DNA of 64,000 nt from Nibricoccus sp. (lineage in GTDB: Bacteria > Verrucomicrobiota > Verrucomicrobiia > Opitutales > Opitutaceae). The notes under the pieces were generated by a model. That model made no database searches, had not been told where the DNA came from, and saw nothing but the letters and a program-made list of their open reading frames with translations. The position numbers were made by a program, and so were the translations under genes. Location of the stretch: the NCBI GenBank assembly GCA_047602425.1, contig JASGHG010000001.1:1792001-1856000 (forward strand), given 5' to 3'. Each line of letters starts with the position of its first letter. Position 1 is the first letter of the stretch. Below are positions 20,537 to 30,529 of the stretch, piece by piece.

Positions 20537-21466
20537 ATGCGCCAACTCTTCGGAAAATGCCTCCTGCTCGTTTCACTGACCGTTCTGGTCGCCACCGCCA
20601 TCTGGTGGTCGCGGGAATCAACCCGCCGCACCGCGCGGCGCGAGTCTTGGCAACGTCTGGTAAACGAAAACGCCGCGCTCGACACCGAAATCAAAGCGCT
20701 CGAACAACGCATCGCCCTCGCAAACCAGAAAAAGACCGAGGCGCAAAACGCCTTGGCCAAAGTCGAAGACCGCCGCAAAGCCCAAGCCACCCGGTCCATG
20801 TACCAGCTGATCGCCAACGATCCCGTCATGCAAAATCTGGAACTCAAACGACAGCGCGCCGCAACCCACACGGCATTCGCCCGCTTTTTTGAAGCCCGTG
20901 GTTTGCCGATGGCGCAGAGATCGGCTTTCATTGCCAACTACGCTGAATACGCCGAGCGCGACATGGATCTTATCATGGCTAAATCTACGGTCGGCTCAGG
21001 CGACGAGGCCGTAAAAACGCTCCAATCACAGGCCAAGGCCGCCTACGAAAAAAAGCAGCTCGACCTGCTTGGTGAAGAGAACTTCCGCGCCTGGCAGGAA
21101 TACGAGCGGAGAATCCCCGTCTATGATATCGTCGTGCATGGACTGGCCGGTGCCGCCGCGTTGGAAGGCTGCCCGATCACCACCGCTCAAACCGAACAAT
21201 TGATCACCGCCACAATCGCGGCGGGGAGCGATCGCGACAATCCGGACAGATACCTGGCGCTGAAGTCGGTCGATTGGAAAACGCTGGAGACCGCGGCCCG
21301 CGACATACTGACGCCCGAGCAGTTCACCCTCTTCACCACGCGCTCCCCCCTGAGCGGCTTCCGATCGCGCGCCCAATTCGAAATCGACGCCGTCCTCGCC
21401 AGCTCCCTAAAAACCGACCCCTTGATCCAACCTCCCGCGGAAGGCCGCAATGGCTCAGACAAGTAG
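20537..21466 (+). CDS. Membrane-anchored helical protein homologous to the upstream sigma factor's C-terminal domain
   Basis: TM then coiled coil; LDLLGEENFRAWQEYER and DW..L...AR.IL..EQ shared with 18979. Confidence 0.8.
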   Translation: MRQLFGKCLLLVSLTVLVATAIWWSRESTRRTARRESWQRLVNENAALDTEIKALEQRIALANQKKTEAQNALAKVEDRRKAQATRSMYQLIANDPVMQNLELKRQRAATHTAFARFFEARGLPMAQRSAFIANYAEYAERDMDLIMAKSTVGSGDEAVKTLQSQAKAAYEKKQLDLLGEENFRAWQEYERRIPVYDIVVHGLAGAAALEGCPITTAQTEQLITATIAAGSDRDNPDRYLALKSVDWKTLETAARDILTPEQFTLFTTRSPLSGFRSRAQFEIDAVLASSLKTDPLIQPPAEGRNGSDK

Positions 21467-21602
21467 AGTAAACCGGCAGCCACACAGTAGAGGATCACAA
21501 TGCCCGGCAGCACCGCGGAGATGGCGCTTCGAGATAATTTCTTGGAGCCTTCTGGGCAGCCCATGACCTCTCTCCCTCTGTTTTCTATTGGGTCCGGTAG
21601 GG

Positions 21603-21716
21603 TCATTTCTTCTTCCTGCACTCCAACCTCGCCTTCGTCATCCGCTCTCGCAATCCGCCCTCCTTCAGAAAATCCTGCTCCAGTCGCCTGATGTCCTGAT
21701 CCAGCAGGTAGTTCGC
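21603..21716 (-). pseudogene. Remnant of a four-helix-bundle suffix domain protein
   Basis: Manual translation ANYLLDQDIRRLEQDFLKEGGLRERMTKARLECRKKK*; in-frame TAG immediately upstream and no start codon. Confidence 0.7.
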
Positions 21717-21813
21717 CTAGACAACGGCACGAACGGCACCGAACCGAGCCAGTGAGGAAAAATTCCTCCCCGGAGAAAACTCCCGTGGTGTATCGGACAT
21801 TGTTTAATGTGTG

Positions 21814-21846
21814 ACCCCGGCGCTCGAAAGAGCACCGGGGTTTTTT
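21814..21846 (+). terminator. Rho-independent terminator
   Basis: CCCCGGCGCTC-GAAA-GAGCACCGGGG followed by T6. Confidence 0.65.
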
Positions 21847-22028
21847 ACTAGTCATACTCAGGTGCACCTAACATCCCACCACGCCCAATGCGGACTGGCA
21901 TGGCACTTTGCTCAGTTCGAGCCTGACCACTGCAGGAAAAGGGGACGCGAAATCCAATGCCACGGCCTTCAAAAAAAACCGCAGTATATGCCGCGGCGTA
22001 TCATGTTTGGCTTTGGAAAAGCCTGTCA

Positions 22029-22427
22029 TCAGTACCAATACACGGAAAAATAGCCTCCCCAATTACCAAACCAGCTGATCGAACTGCTGCTATAACTATA
22101 ACTACCATAACCACCTCCAAAGACATTCGCCTCGATCGAGATCTCACCCGTCAGATCATAGACAGCGACATACGAATTACCCCAAGTGAGCCACTGCCAG
22201 CTTATGCCTGAAGCCACGTAGGTAACTCCTGCCGGATCAGCTGAGAGAATAGGCTGCCCATCCTGATACAGGGTGAAACTGCCGTAAGTATAAGTATCGA
22301 ACATCATATCGATTGTTAGCGATGATACGCTGCCAATCGTAACGCGGTTTGACTGTGCGTGTAGAACCGTGGCACCAGCGAGGAATACGACGGCAAGCAG
22401 GGCCTTTATAGAAGCAGTTATTTTCAT
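22029..22427 (-). CDS. Hypothetical secreted protein, Ser/Tyr/Trp/Gly-rich, in AT-richer DNA
   Basis: Clear signal peptide (..VLHA/QS). Confidence 0.7.
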   Translation of the reverse strand: MKITASIKALLAVVFLAGATVLHAQSNRVTIGSVSSLTIDMMFDTYTYGSFTLYQDGQPILSADPAGVTYVASGISWQWLTWGNSYVAVYDLTGEISIEANVFGGGYGSYSYSSSSISWFGNWGGYFSVYWY

Positions 22428-22764
22428 ATGATATAACCTAGGTTGTTAATGTTAATTTTGAATCGGTCTCCGCCTTGAGCCAGCAAGGTAGAGCCTGCAC
22501 TAAAAATAGCGCCCGCGGCTCAATACTAAAGTCCGACGACTACCGCTCCCCGTCGATCAAGCTTCACGTCGTTGGTATTTCAGCTACCTGAGGTTTGTTG
22601 GGATGGACCGACAGTAGAATCGTATCAGTCGAGCCAGCCGGAAGAGAAAACTTGGCATAGTCTATTCGACTAAGGAACTGACTGCCTCGCCGGCATTGAG
22701 CTCACCGGATCGAACGTTCCGCCGAGGCGTCGCACTCCTCCAAATTAGCGATCATCAGCGAAAA

Positions 22765-23229
22765 TTAGCGGTTCCCTTTACCGCCAATCAGTTCGATTGG
22801 AAAAAGGTAACGCACCGGTTTCGTCTCCTCGCCTTCTCGCACGTTAAACTGAAAGGCCAGGTACGACTTTGGCAGGTCCTTGCCAAGGACGAGGAAGATC
22901 GACCGCTCTTTCGACGACTCGTTGCGCCGAACCGCCGTCACGGCATCCAACGAACCGGCATCGGCTAGAGCCAATTGCGCAGGATCGACGGTGGCACTGA
23001 GTACTACGCACTCCGTGTGATCGTATTCGCCGGGAGCTTTTTCCCGCTCGACCAGGCTGCCTACCTGAACGCTGGCCATCGGCGTGTCGTTGCGCAATCG
23101 CTCGACTGAAATGCCCAGCTTATGCAGTTCAGCCACAGATCGCACCACGGTCGTTTCTGCCGTCAGCGACGATACACCGATCAAGCTCAAGAAAACGGAC
23201 GCAAAGATAAGGAGGCGCGGCAAGAGCAT
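22765..23229 (-). CDS. Hypothetical secreted protein
   Basis: Signal peptide MLLPRLLIFASVFLSLIGVSSLTA. Confidence 0.65.
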   Translation of the reverse strand: MLLPRLLIFASVFLSLIGVSSLTAETTVVRSVAELHKLGISVERLRNDTPMASVQVGSLVEREKAPGEYDHTECVVLSATVDPAQLALADAGSLDAVTAVRRNESSKERSIFLVLGKDLPKSYLAFQFNVREGEETKPVRYLFPIELIGGKGNR

Positions 23230-23545
23230 GGCCCACGATCAACAACGCCGACGGGTTCGTTGCAACGGGATAAACGGTTCGCATTTATGGCTGTTACTGA
23301 AAATCCGGCATCGCTGGAGGCGGTCGCCTTGCAGCCAGACAGGAATTTTCATGCATCGCCTTCTATTTCAACCATGCATGGAAGCAGCATTGCAAAACCG
23401 GAACTTCTCGCCAGAACCAGCGTCATTTATCTCACCTATGTCACTCCTGCCTGCCATCAGCGCACTGGTTTGGGTTGTTGGGTTAATACGCGCCTTGGGC
23501 GCCTGCTTCACCAGTCTTCGCTTCCGAAGACAAGGGCTGACGGCT

Positions 23546-24520
23546 ATGGCGCTCCTCCCGTGCGCGACGGTCGTCTTGTTGGCCGCCTCCGGCTGCACGT
23601 CGCTCAAGGTAATGACCGGCCAACGCATTCGGCTTTCCGAAACCCAAGTCTATCCACCACTCACCGCGGGACTCAGCCAGGTGGGCATCTGTCCGGGCGG
23701 TTACGCGTACATGATCGCGACGCTCAAAGGCCCCAATGGTGAAACGCTCCGAACCGAAGGTGCTGGACGTGGAAAAATTCTCTGGGAAGATCTTCGCGTC
23801 GCCAGCTCCGGCGTCGATGCCACCGATGACGGCCGCATTCACCTTTCGTCCGATCCTCGCGTGAGCGACGGCCAGACCCCGCACGTGGTCGTTACTGTAC
23901 AAAATCGTCCGGAGCTTCGCGCTGAGTTCGACGTGCCGATTTTCTACAACACTAAGTTTGCCGCCAATTTTTCCGGCCACCCGGGATTTTCCGGTCGCGA
24001 CGGCTGCAATGGCGCCGATGGTACAAACGGCCAGCCGGGGTCGTCCGATCCCCAACATCCGTCCCCGGGTGGAAACGGCTCAAACGGCACCAATGGCACC
24101 GATGGTGAAAACGGAGAGCCCGGCGGCGATGCCGCCTCGGTAATCGTCAAGGTGACCTTGAAGCCGGGATATCCTTTACTCCAAATCGTTGTTTCGGGCG
24201 GCGGTGTCGACCGATACTTTCTGGTAGATCCTCAGGGCGGCTCGCTCACCGTTTACGCCGACGGAGGCTCCGGTGGCGCCGGCGGTCGCGGTGGACGCGG
24301 CGGCACAGGAGGTTTGGGCGGCGCCGGACGACCCAACGGACGAAACGGCATGAACGGCACCAATGGGCGCGATGGCTTTAGCGCACCCGCGGGCAACGGC
24401 GGCGCGATCACCGTGATCTACGATCCCTCGGCTCAACCCTACCTCGGCACCATCCTGCTTTCGAGCCGCAATGGCCCGGCTCCCGTTTTCCAACAGGAAT
24501 CCCTCGGGCCACTGTGGTGA
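23546..24520 (+). CDS. Putative lipoprotein with Gly-X-Y/Gly-rich repeats (start uncertain)
   Basis: Lipobox-like LAASGC; GRDGCNGADGTNGQPG, GSNGTNGTDGENGEPG and GGxGGxGG blocks. Confidence 0.7.
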   Translation: MALLPCATVVLLAASGCTSLKVMTGQRIRLSETQVYPPLTAGLSQVGICPGGYAYMIATLKGPNGETLRTEGAGRGKILWEDLRVASSGVDATDDGRIHLSSDPRVSDGQTPHVVVTVQNRPELRAEFDVPIFYNTKFAANFSGHPGFSGRDGCNGADGTNGQPGSSDPQHPSPGGNGSNGTNGTDGENGEPGGDAASVIVKVTLKPGYPLLQIVVSGGGVDRYFLVDPQGGSLTVYADGGSGGAGGRGGRGGTGGLGGAGRPNGRNGMNGTNGRDGFSAPAGNGGAITVIYDPSAQPYLGTILLSSRNGPAPVFQQESLGPLW

Positions 24521-24546
24521 ACGCGGCAGTCATCCGTACCTCGCGG

Positions 24547-25224
24547 CTAACCTTTCGCTAGAATCTGACCAAGTGAGCGATTGTGAAAACGTGGAAGTGC
24601 GGTCAATGCCGCGACTGCGCCGAAAAGTGCCCACGCCATGTCCGTTTGTGTGTCCCACGCGTAGCCTTGCGTGCCGAGAAAATCGTCCGCCGCCGTACCC
24701 GTGGCCACCGCCGTCAGCCACTCGATCAGCTCGTAGAGCGCGCTGAAGGCGAGGCAAACACTGCCCACCAAAAAGCCCAACCAGCGACTGGGCCGCGGTT
24801 GGCCGGGATCGAACTTTCCTCCGTGTGCGGCGCCCAGCGGCGATGTCCTTAATAAAATCTCCCGCGTGAGAATTGCCGGAACGAAGCCCTGAGTGAAATG
24901 CCCGAGCTTATCGTAGTCGTTGCGCGCCCCGCCGGTCATATCGCGCAACCAATCGAACAAGGGCACGCGCGCGTACGTGTAGTGGCCGCCGACGAGCAAC
25001 ACCACAACGTGCAACCAGAGCAAAACCAACAGCAAGGTGGAAATTGGAAAACGCCTTTGAAGCACAATCATGAGCGGCACGCCGACGAGGGCGGGAGCGA
25101 CTTCCAGCCACCAAGTGAAACGATCATACGGTCCGACCCAAGACCAACCGACAATCGGAGCCAGCGATACCAGGAAGACGACGAGCCGTTTATCCATTTT
25201 TAAATTGGGATGCACCACGCTCAA
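24547..25224 (-). CDS. DUF2238/YjdF inner membrane protein
   Basis: [43 protein letters not shown]. Confidence 0.9.
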   Translation of the reverse strand: MSVVHPNLKMDKRLVVFLVSLAPIVGWSWVGPYDRFTWWLEVAPALVGVPLMIVLQRRFPISTLLLVLLWLHVVVLLVGGHYTYARVPLFDWLRDMTGGARNDYDKLGHFTQGFVPAILTREILLRTSPLGAAHGGKFDPGQPRPSRWLGFLVGSVCLAFSALYELIEWLTAVATGTAADDFLGTQGYAWDTQTDMAWALFGAVAALTALPRFHNRSLGQILAKG

Positions 25225-26351
25225 TCCCCAAGGCTCGTGCCCACCCGCCGGGCAGCGCGAATCCAGCCGTGATCGACCGGAACGGTTTTAATGCTTTTGG
25301 CGACCTTGGGAATCGGGACACCCACGAGGTCGTCGCCGCGGGCCGAAATCATCTGGCCGAATTTACCGGCGCGTATGAATTCGACCGCGGCCGTGCCCAG
25401 GCGCGTCGCCAGCAGACGGTCATGGCACGAAGGCGTGCCTCCGCGCTGTACATAACCGAGAATGGTCACCCTCGCCTCCAAGTCGGTGAGTTCCTCGAGT
25501 TGTTTGGCGAGGCGCATCGTGTGACCGGTACGGGCTTTGTCCCAGGCAGATAGTTCCTTTTTCGCAATTTTCAATTGCTCCTGTGTCCGGGCCTTGTCGC
25601 GACGAGCCAGCAGCCGTTGAAGTTGCTCGGCATCGATTTTGGGCATCGCACCCTCGGCCACCGCCACGATGCTGAAATTGAGTCCGCGCGCCGACCGGCG
25701 GCGAATGGCAGCGGCGACCTTTTCAACGTCATAGGCGATCTCGGGAACAAGGATGACATCCGCGCCTCCGGCGATGCCGGCACCGAGCGCGAGCCAGCCG
25801 GCGCGGTGTCCCATGATTTCCGCAATGATGATCCGATGGTGGCTGTGCGCAGTGCTGTGCAGGCGATCGAGCACGTCCGTCGCAATGCCAAGCGCAGTGT
25901 CGAAACCGATGGTGTCGTCCGTGTGCGCGACGTCGTTGTCGATGGTTTTTGGCAGCGACACAATCTTCAGCCCCTTCTCGACCAGGCGCGCGGCATTCTT
26001 GTGCGTACCGCCGCCGCCGATGCAGACGAGCGCGTCGAGTTTGTGACGTTTGTAGGTTTTAACGATTTCGGCAGTCATATCGCAACTGCCTCCGTCCTTC
26101 GTTGGCATGCGATGCGGTTTGTCGCGCGACGTGCCAAGCACGGTGCCGCCCAGCGTGAGCATCCCGACGAGACCGCGCTTATCGAGCCTCACGAAACGAT
26201 TTTCGATCATGCCAAGGAAACCGTCGCGAAACCCGATCAGCTCCCAGCCGTATTCGCCCACCGCGGCCTTGCCAACCGCCCGGATTGCCGCATTGAGCCC
26301 GGGACTGTCGCCTCCGGCGGTGAGAATTCCGATGCGCTTGATGCGTTTCAT
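25221..26351 (-). CDS. pfkA: 6-phosphofructokinase
   Basis: [43 protein letters not shown]. Confidence 0.93.
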   Translation of the reverse strand: MKRIKRIGILTAGGDSPGLNAAIRAVGKAAVGEYGWELIGFRDGFLGMIENRFVRLDKRGLVGMLTLGGTVLGTSRDKPHRMPTKDGGSCDMTAEIVKTYKRHKLDALVCIGGGGTHKNAARLVEKGLKIVSLPKTIDNDVAHTDDTIGFDTALGIATDVLDRLHSTAHSHHRIIIAEIMGHRAGWLALGAGIAGGADVILVPEIAYDVEKVAAAIRRRSARGLNFSIVAVAEGAMPKIDAEQLQRLLARRDKARTQEQLKIAKKELSAWDKARTGHTMRLAKQLEELTDLEARVTILGYVQRGGTPSCHDRLLATRLGTAAVEFIRAGKFGQMISARGDDLVGVPIPKVAKSIKTVPVDHGWIRAARRVGTSLGD

Positions 26352-26447
26352 GTTTTTTGAGGATTAAGCAGACCGGCTATTTCTTTGCTGCTTTTTACCC
26401 GTTCGGCAAACTGAACGATGTGACATTTCTGTGCCACAAAATTGCAG

Positions 26448-28604
26448 TTATAAATTAGTTTTCCCCAGGTTCACCGTTTGGACCCCGTCGCCATCCACCA
26501 CTTCGAGCACGACGTCTCGCGCAGGCGCGGGCCATTGGCCTTCACGCCCGGTTATATGTACCTCCATCCGGCCCTCCCGTTTCACCGCTTCATAAGTGGT
26601 CAGTCGATATTGACCACGTTGGTAGCCGAATCCATCGCCATCGTCTTCGTACAACCGTCCCATGGCGCGGCCTTTTTCATCCAGGCAAGCTAGCAACGTC
26701 ATTGGCTCCAGCGATTCCTGCGTGGTGTTTTGAACCACGCGACCCAGCGGCACCATCGCGCCGCCGCGCAAAAACAAACGCGCCTGATCCGGGTCTTTCT
26801 GATCGCCATCGACAAGCGTGATCTCACGCCAAGTGCCTTTGGGAAGATTCGGGTTGTTTGCCCAGGCCGGCACCACCAATAGATCCGGGCCGAGCAAAAA
26901 CGCATTTTCCTCCCGGCGCAGCGTGGCGTCAGCTGTATCGGCCATGAACACCGGCCGCATCACGGGTAGTCCGGTCATGCTCGCTTCGCGAAACAGCGTG
27001 TAAAGGTAAGGCAGCAGGCGATAGCGACGCTCCAACGCGAGCCGGGCCGTGCGCTCAACTTGCTCCCCGAAAGCCCAAGGCTCCTTGTCGTTGCCATCCT
27101 TAACCGCGTGACCGCGACAAAACGGAAAGAACACCCCGGCTCCCACCCACTGCGACCACAATTGGGGCGTGGCGTTTCCTACAAAACCGCCGAGATCCGG
27201 ACCGACAAAAGGCTGGCCCGAGAGACCGAGCGAAAGCGTCATCGGAACCGAAAGCTTCATATGCGCCGCGCTGGAAACGTTGTCGCCGGTCCAAGTGGCC
27301 GCGTAGCGCTGGCCTCCGAGAAAATTGGAGCGGGTAAGGACAAATGGCCGTTTGTCGGGCCGTGCCGCCGCGATGCCTTCGCGCGTCGCCCGAACCATCA
27401 ACATGCCATAAATATTATGATAGCGCAGGTGAGGACCCGGCGGAATCCCGCCACCACCACGATGGAGATTGTCCTCGGGCATGGTCTTCGAGGGCACATT
27501 GAAAACTGCCGGCTCGTTCATGTCGTTCCAAACACCGTCGATCCCCGTCCGAATAAAGTCACGATAGAGACCCGACCACCAGCTACGCGTTTCCGGCCGG
27601 GTAAAATCGGGAAATACGCAGGCGCCCGGCCAAACATCGCCCACGAAATCCGAACCCGCCGCAGTCTTCACCCAAACGTTGCGCGCCGAACCATCGTTAA
27701 ACAACTTATAGGTGCGGTCCACTTTTACGCCCGGATCGATCATCCAGACGCTTTTGAAGCCACGTTCATGCAGGTAGGCGTTGAGGCCGGCGGGATCTGG
27801 AAATCCCTTTTTTTCGAAAGTGAAGACGCGGAATCCATCCATGTAATCGATATCCATCCAGAGGACATCGCAGGGAATTTTTCGCTGGCGAAACTGATCG
27901 GCTATTTCCCGCACCCGCTGGTCAGGATAATACGACCAGCGGCATTGCTGATAGCCCAGCGCCCAGCGCGGTGGCAGCGGCATTTTCCCAGTGAGCTCTG
28001 CCAACGCCTGCAGCACACCCGCAGGCGAGCCTTTCTCTATCACCAAAACCGGGAAGGCCGGCCCTTCGCTCGTGAATATGATTTCATCGGCGCAAGCCAG
28101 CTCGGCTTTCCAGGTCGAATCGAAGATCACGCCATAGGCCGAACCATCCCTCCTCACACCAAGAATCCACGGATGCGATTGATACAACCGCCGTCCGCCG
28201 GCCGTCTCATAAGTATAGTTGTCGGTATTCCAAAGTTCTATCGCCGTGCCGTTGCGGCGCAGAGGTCCGGTCACTTCGCCGCTACCATAGAGGTCATCGT
28301 CCGCGCCAATCGCCACCTTGGCGCGACATCGTTTTTCCTCGCTGAAAAACGCCGGCGCCGTCCGCCAGCCTACTGGCAACGTTCCTCGGATTTTTGGAGC
28401 TTCCACCCAGGTTGGCGTGTAGGGCAGTTGCGCAGCGTCGAGTCCCGACGGCACAAACATCGCAATTCCCTCGTCCACCAATCCCTGGGTTCCGGTGGGC
28501 AATGGAGCGAACTCCGCCCGGCCGCTCCACAGACAGGGCGCAGCCAAAATCAGCCCCGCCAAAACCAACCGAAAGTACACCAATGGAGAATGCTTCATTT
28601 TCAT
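26448..28604 (-). CDS. Glycoside hydrolase family 31 (alpha-glucosidase-like)
   Basis: WMDIDYMDG, WNDMNEP nucleophile, WTGDN acid/base. Confidence 0.93.
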   Translation of the reverse strand: MKMKHSPLVYFRLVLAGLILAAPCLWSGRAEFAPLPTGTQGLVDEGIAMFVPSGLDAAQLPYTPTWVEAPKIRGTLPVGWRTAPAFFSEEKRCRAKVAIGADDDLYGSGEVTGPLRRNGTAIELWNTDNYTYETAGGRRLYQSHPWILGVRRDGSAYGVIFDSTWKAELACADEIIFTSEGPAFPVLVIEKGSPAGVLQALAELTGKMPLPPRWALGYQQCRWSYYPDQRVREIADQFRQRKIPCDVLWMDIDYMDGFRVFTFEKKGFPDPAGLNAYLHERGFKSVWMIDPGVKVDRTYKLFNDGSARNVWVKTAAGSDFVGDVWPGACVFPDFTRPETRSWWSGLYRDFIRTGIDGVWNDMNEPAVFNVPSKTMPEDNLHRGGGGIPPGPHLRYHNIYGMLMVRATREGIAAARPDKRPFVLTRSNFLGGQRYAATWTGDNVSSAAHMKLSVPMTLSLGLSGQPFVGPDLGGFVGNATPQLWSQWVGAGVFFPFCRGHAVKDGNDKEPWAFGEQVERTARLALERRYRLLPYLYTLFREASMTGLPVMRPVFMADTADATLRREENAFLLGPDLLVVPAWANNPNLPKGTWREITLVDGDQKDPDQARLFLRGGAMVPLGRVVQNTTQESLEPMTLLACLDEKGRAMGRLYEDDGDGFGYQRGQYRLTTYEAVKREGRMEVHITGREGQWPAPARDVVLEVVDGDGVQTVNLGKTNL

Positions 28605-28815
28605 GATCTGTATCCAATTTTGACTTACGAGGTATCTCTAAAAATCATGCCCAATATTCGAACGGGCACAACGCCCAAACTCCCAAAGTCCGAGCTTCAT
28701 TTTAGCCTATATTGGGCACCGGCGCGATCGAGAGGTTTTGATTCACTTTTCCCGGATCTCTGCTAACCTTTTCATGTTCGACCAATCCGGCTCTACCCCG
28801 TTTTACTCCTCCAAG

Positions 28816-30501
28816 ATGGCCAATATCCTGCTCCTCGATGACAACGAGATCGCCTGCCGAGCGATGCAAGGCATTCTCACCCGGGGACAACATCGCTGCC
28901 TGATCGCCCATGACACCGCCACGGCGTTCAAGATGCTGAGGGAGCTCCTGAAGTTCGATCTCGTTTTTCTCGAGCTCAAGCTCAGCAAGGGCGAAAACGG
29001 CATGCATTTCCTACAACATCTCCGCGACGATTGCTTCCTGAAGCTCCTTCCGGTGGTTGTTTACTCCTCGGTCAACCACCAGGAGATCGTGAAAAAAGCC
29101 CTCACGCTCAAAATCCAGAATTATCTGATCAAACCCTACCGCGACGAAGCCATCTACGCGGAGATCACCAAAGCCCTCGCCAATCCGTGGCGCAATTTGC
29201 ACTTCGAGGAGGAAAAATCCTTCTGCACCCAGATGGGCATCAAGCCGAGTGAGCTTAAAAAAATGCTCCACGAGCTGCGCGTCGCCCTCCACGCCGCAGT
29301 CGAACCGCTCCAGGACTGCGCACAAACGCGTAACCAAAAAGCCGCGCTCGAACTCGTGGGTCCTCTCACCGAACGCGCCGAAGCCGCGGGCGCATGGGGC
29401 GTCGTCGAGTACCTCCAGGGCCTCAAGGAAAAACTCGATATGCGCAGTTGGCCCGCCCTCACTCAAAGCAAGGACGACCTTGCCTTTATCTGCCAGCTGA
29501 TCGATTGCCACGTCGATCGCAATTACACACCGCCGGGATTCTATTCCGAGCAGGAGCGCAAGGAACAGGAAGAGGCCAAAATCCGCGCGCAGTGGATGGA
29601 CGCCGACGTTTCGCGCGGCACTCTCGTGCATCCGAGCGAGATCGAGCGTCATCTCGATCAATTGCAGGCGGGCCCCGCAATCGACACGGTCGCCGCCGCC
29701 TTCCTGATGAATGCCGACGGCCGCGCCCCGAGCCTAAACCAGCTGATAGATCTAGTTTCAAAGGATCCCTGGGTGACCGCGCAAGTGCTCATCACCGCGA
29801 ATCATTTGGAGCACGACGAGATGACTTCAATTGAGGACATTCGCCTCGCCGTGACGATGATCGGCTATGAAAAACTCACCGCGATGGCCAAGACCATGCC
29901 TCTCGTTGAGGAGCGCCACTTTCGCATGCTACCGGTCACTTGGGCCCATTACTGGATGTTTCAAGTCGCCGTCGCCCGCGTCGCCCAGCATGCCGCGACC
30001 AATCTCGAACTCACCGATCTCGCGCCCAATGCCTACGTAGCCGGATTGCTCCACGACTACGGTCGCCTTCCCCTCGTCCAACAATACCCCTACAGTTTCC
30101 AGGCGATTTCAAACTACGCGAAACTCCATTCCATCCCGCTCCACGAAGCGGAGAAAAAATACCTCGGCCTAACCAGCCGCGAAATCGGCGACTTGCTCGC
30201 GCGTCGTCTCGGCCTGCCCTCGGTGTACACCACCGTCATCCGGTACGTCGGCACACCCGAGGAAGTCGGCGAACGGGGCTACATGGTGGCCCTGATCACG
30301 CTGGCGCGAAATCTCTGCCTGCAAAATCAGATCGGATTCTCCGGCGAACCGCATTTGCCGATGCCGCATCTTGAGGAAACGCCCGCCTGGCAAATCCTGC
30401 GCAATCGCGTTTTTCCCAGCTTCAATTTGAAGAAGTTCGAATCGCAGACTCACAATTTCTGCGCCGCCCTCAAGCAGGAGCTCTCCGGCCTGATAACCTG
30501 A
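28816..30501 (+). CDS. Atypical receiver + HDOD domain signalling protein
   Basis: ILLLDD...YLIKP receiver; C-terminal SKDP, AYVAGLLHDYG HDOD motifs. Confidence 0.85.
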   Translation: MANILLLDDNEIACRAMQGILTRGQHRCLIAHDTATAFKMLRELLKFDLVFLELKLSKGENGMHFLQHLRDDCFLKLLPVVVYSSVNHQEIVKKALTLKIQNYLIKPYRDEAIYAEITKALANPWRNLHFEEEKSFCTQMGIKPSELKKMLHELRVALHAAVEPLQDCAQTRNQKAALELVGPLTERAEAAGAWGVVEYLQGLKEKLDMRSWPALTQSKDDLAFICQLIDCHVDRNYTPPGFYSEQERKEQEEAKIRAQWMDADVSRGTLVHPSEIERHLDQLQAGPAIDTVAAAFLMNADGRAPSLNQLIDLVSKDPWVTAQVLITANHLEHDEMTSIEDIRLAVTMIGYEKLTAMAKTMPLVEERHFRMLPVTWAHYWMFQVAVARVAQHAATNLELTDLAPNAYVAGLLHDYGRLPLVQQYPYSFQAISNYAKLHSIPLHEAEKKYLGLTSREIGDLLARRLGLPSVYTTVIRYVGTPEEVGERGYMVALITLARNLCLQNQIGFSGEPHLPMPHLEETPAWQILRNRVFPSFNLKKFESQTHNFCAALKQELSGLIT

Positions 30502-30529
30502 ACGCGGAAACCAAAACCATCCGCCACGC

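Noticed and set aside
21603..21716. Diversity-generating retroelement (Avd-related fragment)
   Set aside because: No reverse transcriptase or TR/VR repeat pair is present in the window.
21860..23290. Integron cassette array (ACCTAAC at about 21866; small orphan genes)
   Set aside because: No matching GTTRRRY partner or convincing attC hairpin was found, and there is no integrase in the window.
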